DNA of 64,000 nucleotides. It comes from the human T2T-CHM13v2.0 reference genome, Homo sapiens. The DNA lies in NCBI RefSeq assembly GCF_009914755.1, contig NC_060947.1; one strand, given 5' to 3'. A program made the position numbers and the translations under genes. Positions within the stretch are counted from its first letter, which is position 1. The number at the start of each line of letters is the position of its first letter. Below are positions 62,500 to 64,000 of this stretch, piece after piece. The notes under the pieces are model-generated. The model made no database searches. It was not told the origin of the DNA and worked only from the letters and a program-made list of their open reading frames with translations.

Positions 62500-62750
62500 T
62501 TTAAAGGAACACCTAAATTGTGCTGAGCTGTGTGTTGAGTGCTGGAGATATAATAGTAAACAAATGCTCCTTCGTTTTAAGGAGTTGTAATTGAGGAAAC
62601 TGACATGGTAGCTAATCATTTTAATAGAAGGTGGGATAATTGTAAAGCTGGATCTATGCCAGAGTTTCTTGTGAATATAAAAGGAAAATAACTCATGAAC
62701 GAGGGGACAGTTCCAAGAAAGGATTTGTGGAGGTGGTTACACCTAAGCTA
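62500..62750. mobile_element. L2 remnant
   Basis: GAGTGCTGGAGATATAATAGTAAACAA...GAGGTGGTTACACCTAAGCT. Confidence 0.55.
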
Positions 62751-64000
62751 CTGATATTCTGTCTCAAACTTAGGTTTTTCTAGTCTCAAAGTCCACACTT
62801 ATTCCACTGTATCACATTATAGTAGAGGCTGTACAATGCCGAACTAACAGCTAAATGTGGCTGAACAATAAGTTTCTTAATCTAATAATAATATGCTTCT
62901 ATTTCTCATAAGGTTGTTGAGATGACAAGAATGAAAATCATTAAGAAATAGTTCTCTCCAAGATGATGTAATGCTAAAATTGCATATGATTACTTTGTTT
63001 CTGCAAAATGTTGCAATAGCCAAGAGACTTTAAAGTGATCAAAAGAAATAAAATAAAAATTAAAAACCCTTCAGCTTTAGTATATGGATTCTGGAGTAAG
63101 ATACTGTTATCTACTTTTTAAGAAGGATTAAACAACATTATTAAAAACATTTCAAATGAATGCTTACACCAGAAGACTGTAGAATGCTGAACAATTATCA
63201 GTGATCTTAAGTGGCAAGTAAGCTAGTCTTTTGCCCCATAGCATCCTGTGTTAGTGGTCCATTTAACACCTTCAGCTAGTATTTCCAGGGACTTGTTACA
63301 GGGACATAAATTTCAAGCAGAAAACAATTCAAAAACTATTGAAGTCCTTGGTCTGGTGTCTGCTTCCTCTACATTCTTTCCCTAGGCAATACAACCACTT
63401 TCATTTTTTATGCTACCATTTGTTGATGACACCTAGATCTAAAATCCAGGCCACAGGCTTTTTCCAGACTTTCCCTTCAAGTGTTATGAAGATTTTTTAT
63501 GCCAAGAGGAAGGCTTATCTTTGGTGAAAAAGTATGTCAAAGAAAAAGGAAACCGGTCATTGTCCTGGGAACGAAATATAAAAGTTGAGAGTTAGGTATA
63601 TAGCCAAATAGTTCATTTAATCTGCAGGAAAGAAGCAGAACAGAAACTAGGCTCTGCCATAGGTACAAATGGATTAAATGAAGCTTTTTTGCTATTATGT
63701 TTATGCTGGTGTTTCCCATGGGGTGCCATGATTGTTCTATTTTACTCTGTAGCCATTTTTTCTTGCCCTTTTTGCTTTTGTTTCTGCGTGCCTGATTCTC
63801 AAACTTTGACATATGACCAATCTGTTTCTCAGGCTGTAGACATACACCTTCATTCCTTGGCTAACCTTTTTTCTTCCTTCACCAGAACTGAGGCCCTTCT
63901 CTTGTGATAGAGTGCCAAAGTCAATCCATTATTACAACTCTGCACCTGTCTCCACCCCTTTTTTTTTTTTTTGCCATTTCCTGACTTCAATTTTAATTGT

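Overview
This is AT-rich, repeat-dense human genomic DNA, probably intronic or intergenic. The human call rests on an L1HS pre-Ta element at 1240-1873. I cannot support any intact protein-coding gene. The one clear gene-derived feature is a full-length processed pseudogene of HSPA8 (Hsc70) on the minus strand (about 33136-35404), disabled by stop codons and frameshifts. Most of the rest is transposon-derived: four 5'-truncated primate L1 copies with target-site duplications (TSDs), long decayed L1M remnants carrying nested MaLR LTRs and Alus, about 18 Alu copies or fragments, MIR/L2 remnants, small DNA-transposon derivatives and microsatellites. Nearly all ORFs in the supplied track are Alu, L1, microsatellite or pseudogene artefacts. 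I found no convincing new biological system. The best leads are: a human-specific L1 with a clean twin-priming inversion; an unexplained GC-richer island with degenerate 21-nt repeats at about 21.5-21.96 kb; an antisense Alu nested in another Alu; a possible frame-preserving minus-strand exon at about 47.9-48.06 kb; and two motif-dense non-repeat segments. Repeat subfamily calls were made by eye from remembered consensus sequences, and boundaries of old repeats are approximate.
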